Source: Eledone cirrhosa (lineage: Eukaryota). Taken from it: a DNA stretch of 64,000 bases. The position numbers were made by a program, and so were the translations under genes. Below are positions 57,983 to 64,000 of this stretch, in pieces (the stretch's first letter is position 1; each line of letters starts with the position of its first letter). The notes beneath the pieces are model-generated. The model had not been told where the DNA came from and searched no databases. It was given only the letters and a program-made list of their open reading frames with translations. The stretch is from NCBI GenBank assembly GCA_964016885.1, contig OZ024742.1:280612001-280676000 (forward strand). The letters run 5' to 3'.

Positions 57983-58196
57983 TTGGTATGCCATCCGGAA
58001 CCTGTTTATAGAATTCTGTCTGCCCTTGTTACTCTAAAAACATAAATAAATAAAAATAAAAATAAACTATAGCTTTGTAGAATTAGCTTTTAATGAATTC
58101 CCTTTTCTATCAACCAATGACCTGCACCCATCCCACTCCCCACCCTCTCATACCACTTGTAGAGACCTATAAATACCATTTTTATTTTTGATACCC

Positions 58197-58247
58197 AGAT
58201 TCCTGATGATTTCTAATGAATGAAACAGTTCTAGTCCTGTAGAATCT
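58197..58247 (+). ncRNA. Minimal type I hammerhead, canonical core, in a PLE-type 3' end (about 57978-58331)
   Basis: AGATTC CTGATGA tTTC-TAAT-GAAt GAAA CAG-8nt-CTG TA GAATCT. Confidence 0.75.
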
Positions 58248-58329
58248 CATCTATATTAAAACTTTTATACTCTGCTATGTATTGAGTACCTTACTTACTG
58301 TGGTTACCTCCGATTCAACCCGGAATAAC

Positions 58330-58397
<68 letters not shown>

Positions 58398-59098
58398 ATT
58401 TGAATGGATACAGTTTACTTGAAAGGAGTTTATTGACACGTGTTTCTATAACAGTTACATAACCTGAAAACAGCTGCTATCTACAAAGTATTAGTTATGT
58501 AGACATTCAATATTTCAATGTTATTATTTACTGTCATTTCATCAGAATAATATTACTGAGGACCTATTTGGTTTTTATAGAGAATATTAGGAGAGAGGGG
58601 TGAAGTTGTTAGAAGAATAGTTGAGGGAGTGGTTTTTTGATAGCAGTGAGAATTTTTGGTGGCAGTGAGTAATTAGATTCCCATCTGTTGTTTTGACATT
58701 TTTATAGAATATATTATTGGTTATTTTTCTAAATCTATAGAGGGATTAGAGATAGTAAAGATATGCGTGGTTGGTTTTGTGTTTGCACTTAATTAACATT
58801 CAGACTTAAATTTTTCTTTCAAGTGTACGTATCCTTTCACCCACGCATTCACACACAAACATATTTGCACACCTCTACAAAATACATATACTCACATTCA
58901 CATAGTAACATGTTCATACTTACATACATATACACATGCATACATATATATATACACACATGTATTCATGTACATACATACGCGTTCATGTGTATACATT
59001 TTCATACTCAACTTCTCTTTATATACACACGTATAGACACACATATATACATACATACTCAAGTCTATGTGTATATATATACATATACATATATATCT

Positions 59099-59129
<31 letters not shown>

Positions 59130-59399
59130 TATATATAAGCACTTTAATACATGAATACACTTACATCTAACTATACATATCAAACATATATATATATTTA
59201 CATATTTATATACATTTTCACATATATATACATACTTATGGTCGCTTTTAGACACATTCATTATCGCATTTTTCCACCTATTCTCATCAGCATATCTTTC
59301 CATTATTAGTGTGGTAATTTGAGGTTATTAATATACATATATATGTTGAGAAGAAATTGTTTTTATATTTTTCTAACTAGATTGAGGTTTATATAGTTG

Positions 59400-61330
59400 G
59401 GGGGATGTCCCTCTTTTATGTAATATTCGGCTTGTAGTGGGAAAAAAGGGTTTTAGTTCGGTGACGGCAGAATAATGTTCGTTCAATTCTGTTATTCAGC
59501 AATTTCTTCTTGTGTGTGATTATGTAATAAATCTCAAGATTACACAATTTGAAGAAATTTTGGCTCGCTATCCCTGAGCGTCCAAGCTTTTTCTGCTAAA
59601 GTTGTTACATTTCTTTGGCTCTGGTGTTTTATTGAGTAAGAATGCCTATATAATCGAGATTTAAACGATGTTGCCGTTGATCCCACGTAATACCACTCGT
59701 TGCCTCCGGATTTAATGGTACACTTATAAATAATATTTTTTTCCAGGCAGTTATTGCCGAGGGGGCAGTTGTCAGGATAGGTGCAGTTACAGTTGTGTAC
59801 GTTGGGTTTTCTCTGGAGTAGTATTGCGGACGAACTTAGGTGTGGTTTATTTATGTTCTGTAGTGTATTGTCTACTGTTTTTTTTGTGTTCTTTGTACTT
59901 AAGTTTTTAGTGTTTTCGTTTAACCTTCTAGTATTGATCTTTTTTATGTGTTGTTCAAGGTTTAACGCTGTAGAGTATGACAGTCTTATAGTGGTAGGGT
60001 TTAGGATTTTGTGGTATTTGTGTGATGTAGGAAAATGTCTCTTAACTATTTTAAAGAAGAGTACTGGTAAATTTGTACTAATGGAACTATTGTATTCGGG
60101 GTTATACCATAAGTACTCTTTGCATCGCTTTCTATTAGTTTTGTTTGTTGGTTTACTGGTGTGCATACTATGGTAGTAAGTGTGGTTTGGTGTTGTGTTA
60201 TTATATCTACCTATGTGGGATTTATTTTGGGTGTTTTGATTGTTCCCATCTATATACTCTATTTTGTGGAGGGGGCCTGCTTTACTAAGGGCGTTATCGT
60301 AGTATTCGGCGTGTTCCTTAAATACTTGTATGTTAGAAGATAGACCCGAGATTCTAAGGGAAATATTTTTAGGGATAGATTTAATTATAGAGATGGGGTG
60401 GTTAGACCCAACATTTACGTATTTGATATTTTCATTCAATTTATGAAACGGTTTAATCAGACCAGAGTTTAAATTGAGTGTGACATCCAGGAAGTTAACT
60501 ACTTTAAGGTTGTATTCATATGTTATCGTTAGTCCTATTTCGAGTAGTAGTTTTCTTATATCTTTGCGTAGTTTTTCTAGTTTTTGGTTATTTAGGTTTT
60601 TAACTAGGAGGAGAACATCGTCGCGGTATATTCCGTCGTGGAGATTGCTGAATTTTTCCTGGATTCTAAAGGCGATAAATAACCCCACAATATCAGTTAT
60701 TTCCGCCGAATCGTTAGAGCCCATTGTTATGTCAAAGTTAGAGGGTCTATCTTTACGTACCCAATAACTGTTCTCAAATTTGACTATAGTTTTCCTAGCT
60801 TCTAATATAATCTTAATTTCATCGTTTGTAAGGTCAGAGTTATCCTTAGCAAACTTAATGGCTCTATTCAAAGTTTCAGGTGATATCGATGAGTAATATT
60901 CATCGATATCAAACTGGATAAACTTAGATTTATTCTTATTGCTAATGCTATTAAACCACTTATTGCTTCTTGGGTCTTACCCCAGAGTTTAATGTTAACC
61001 TTAGCCTTAATTTGGGGGATGATTCTATCTAAGATATATTTGCTTATTTTACCTATATCTGATTTAGAGGGGCAGATTAATCTAATTTTAGGGTCATTAT
61101 CAAAGTTTACCTTATGGTCCTTAAGATTGAAGTTGGGTACCGCCGGTAAGAGTGGTCCTGTCCTATCTTCGATTCCGAGATTTTTCACTATTTCGCATGC
61201 CTCATCATTGATGTGTTTAAGAGTTACTTCATTCGTTTTTCTATATTTTTTATGTAATTATTTTCGAATGAAGTTGTTGTATATAGTGCAATCCATAGTA
61301 TACATGTTTGATGTTTTGTCCGCTTTTACT
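59400..61330 (-). pseudogene. AT-rich YRDD-lineage PLE, frameshifted (RT plus GIY-YIG)
   Basis: ADKTSNMY, LKDHKVNF..RLICPSKSDIGKISK, FDITMGSNDSAEI, GIYRDD, VNFLDVTL, SNHP, CNC..CPL..CL..IIYKC..YVGST in ORFs 60868-61188 and 59540-60871. Confidence 0.92.
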
Positions 61331-61862
61331 ACAATTCCGGAAAATTTGACGTTGCTTTTACTACAATTGCTTTTACAGTTGCTTTTACTACAATTGCTTT
61401 TACAGTTGCTTGTACTACAATTCCGGAAAATTTGATGTTGCTCCTTCTACCTGGAGTTGCGACCGATAGATAGTATTAGCAATTGGAAAGTCCAACGGAA
61501 ACATTGTTTCTTTTGTCCGATTTGACGAAAGTCGATCGACAATTTTTTCTTTTTTTCTGGTAATGAGTTCAAAATCTGCCAAGGTGAGCTTTACCTTTCA
61601 TCTTCTTTGTTCCGATAAATTACATACAAATAAATATGAGGTTCAATATAATCAACTCCTCCCTGTTCCAAAATGTCTAGCCCTGTGCCTAAACTAAAGA
61701 CCATTTCAATAACTGTAAGTGAATGGTAAATATTATCTTCTTGTTTCTCCATCTACAGGTTGTATTATAAAGATAACACCTTAAATATATATCTATATCT
61801 ATCTCTCTATCTATTTATCTCTCTCTCTCTCTCTCTCTCTCCCTATATATATATATATATAT

Positions 61863-61957
61863 ATACGTAGTTTAGAAAGCCACAACAATGCATTGTTGTG
61901 GCTTTCTAAACTACGTATTTTACACATTTCACAATGCTTCAAGCAAACTTTAACACC

Positions 61958-61960
<3 letters not shown>
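61863..61960. mobile_element. Spacerless 56-bp palindrome plus 42-nt tail in (TA)n
   Basis: Centre ATGCAT 61888-61893; tail cacaatgcttcaagcaaactt shared with 19401-19421. Confidence 0.85.
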
Positions 61961-61995
<35 letters not shown>

Positions 61996-62799
61996 TGTAT
62001 GTTTGTATCTATATATTCTGTTAAATATAGCCCCTATGGCTAAGTCTTTAGAATATGAAGTCAAAAGGGGCACACGAAAATACAACGAAGAAATGGAAAG
62101 TCGCATCTCCCGAGTGAAACTCTGAAAATCACTATGGTTCCGGTAGTAGCAGTTGATACCGTTTATTCCACTTCACATTGGGACTTCACAAAACAGGAAG
62201 AAACCAAGATAGGATTGGTAATGTTTTTCGGCGAATTACACAAATAAGCTGAAAATGTAACCCAAGTGATGCGCTTGTAATTCCAGAAAAACATTTGTTC
62301 CCAAAGATCGGGAGGCCAGTATTTGCTTAGAATAAAAATAAAATGACAACGTTCGATAGGAATAAATTAGTAAATGGTAACGCTAAATATACTTCACACA
62401 TTCTCTATATATACACATACATTTACATCATGCGATGATGGAAAATGATCTACACATGAATGTGTTGTAGGTGGTGGTGTTGAATTGGATAGCCAAACCA
62501 CTAGCTGACAATAAATAATAGTAAATAGTGATAAAACGGAAATGGTGTTGCTATAACATGGTACGATAGGCCGTTTGTCTGTCTATATGAATGTCTGTAT
62601 GTAGTAAATGACTGTGCATGTTGTAGTGGGGGTAATGAAGAAGGATGGAAATATGTTGACTACAGGCAATGTGTGTGTTCTGATAACATTTCGATGTCGT
62701 CTACAAGCACAAGCAGACACAAACACACATACACACGCACACACACGCACACACACACGTATTCATAGATCACTATATAAACATTACATTCATATACAC

Positions 62800-63270
62800 C
62801 CATAACCACAACGCTATCCACAACCACCAGAAAAACCATCACCACCAACACCACCAACACCACAATTAGCATCACATACACACATCAACCATGTGATCGT
62901 AATAAACAAACATGCACGAATATGAACAAATATATCGAGTAATCAATCCACCATTATCATCATCAACATTATCATAATTATCATCACTATCAATATCAAC
63001 ATCAGAAGTGCCAATATGAGCTCCACTCCAACGAAAACCATCAACTTCACCACCAACATCATTATCGTTATCATCATAATCGTCATGATCAGGATCAGGA
63101 TCATCATCATCATTATCATCTCCATAACTATCACAACCACGTTAACTTAATTAATTTCATCATTGCCATTTCAAGCATCATCATCATGGTTATTATCACC
63201 ACCACCACTGCCATTATTATTTTCGTCACCACCATCACTATCACACTCCCCGACCCGGCAACACCACCAC
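62800..63270. repeat. Degenerate (CAT)n/(CAC)n low-complexity tract
   Basis: Visible trinucleotide periodicity; no credible ORF. Confidence 0.8.
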
Positions 63271-63738
63271 CAAGTTCATCATACATATCACCTGTATTAC
63301 CTTTATGTATCTACATAAAAAGAGATAGACACATAATGGCTGCCGGCAAAATCACACACAACCATAGACAGCCATAAACAGGCAACAGTTGAAAGGCAAG
63401 AAAGAATATTTGTTTATAAGTCTATGCAAGAAGTCTAACAATCATTAGGGAAACGGAATAGAGAAAGGAACAGATAAATAGTATAAATGAAGGATGGCTG
63501 AAAGCTTCATAGGCTGACTATGAAGCAGTGATGCTACAACTGTAGAATCTTGCATACATTAATTTCAACTTGTTCTTATTAATAACTGCACTTATTCTTT
63601 CGAGATTAATTAATTGAGTTACAAACAACGGAAGATCACTTATATGAGTACGTTGCAGATATGTGTGTGTATAGCTCCCAATATTTATATACATACATAC
63701 CCGTATATACATACAAACACACACACATACACACACAC

Positions 63739-64000
<262 letters not shown>

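Noticed and set aside
61325-61437. Short tandem repeats ttgcttttac(t)aca(a/g) at the PLE 5' junction
   Set aside because: Most simply slippage or junction filler between the PLE and a SINE fragment; L/Q-rich translation not credible.

Overview
AT-rich, repeat-saturated eukaryotic DNA with no recognisable host exon. The dominant tRNA-derived SINE and the dense (TA)n/(CA)n/(GATA)n tracts suggest an octopod cephalopod (inference). Most listed ORFs are microsatellite artefacts. Real coding signal is all transposon-derived: Penelope-like elements (PLE; RT plus C-terminal GIY-YIG) of at least three lineages, including a young 983-aa ORF inside a 5.6-kb fold-back insertion, Tx1/L1-clade and RTE-like LINE pieces, a Helitron helicase relic and mariner relics. 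The striking structure is that about 15 inserts, nearly all between (TA)n tracts and from many unrelated families, share one head-to-head design: one arm ends at the family 3' terminus and the inverted arm stops at a fixed internal AT-rich site roughly 15-130 nt upstream. Many carry minimal type I hammerhead ribozyme folds, several with non-canonical cores (UUGANAA, CAGAAGA, GCAA). Three are non-coding, terminally redundant units of 320, about 527 and 656 bp that resemble retrozyme-like templates. All alignments and folds were done by eye.
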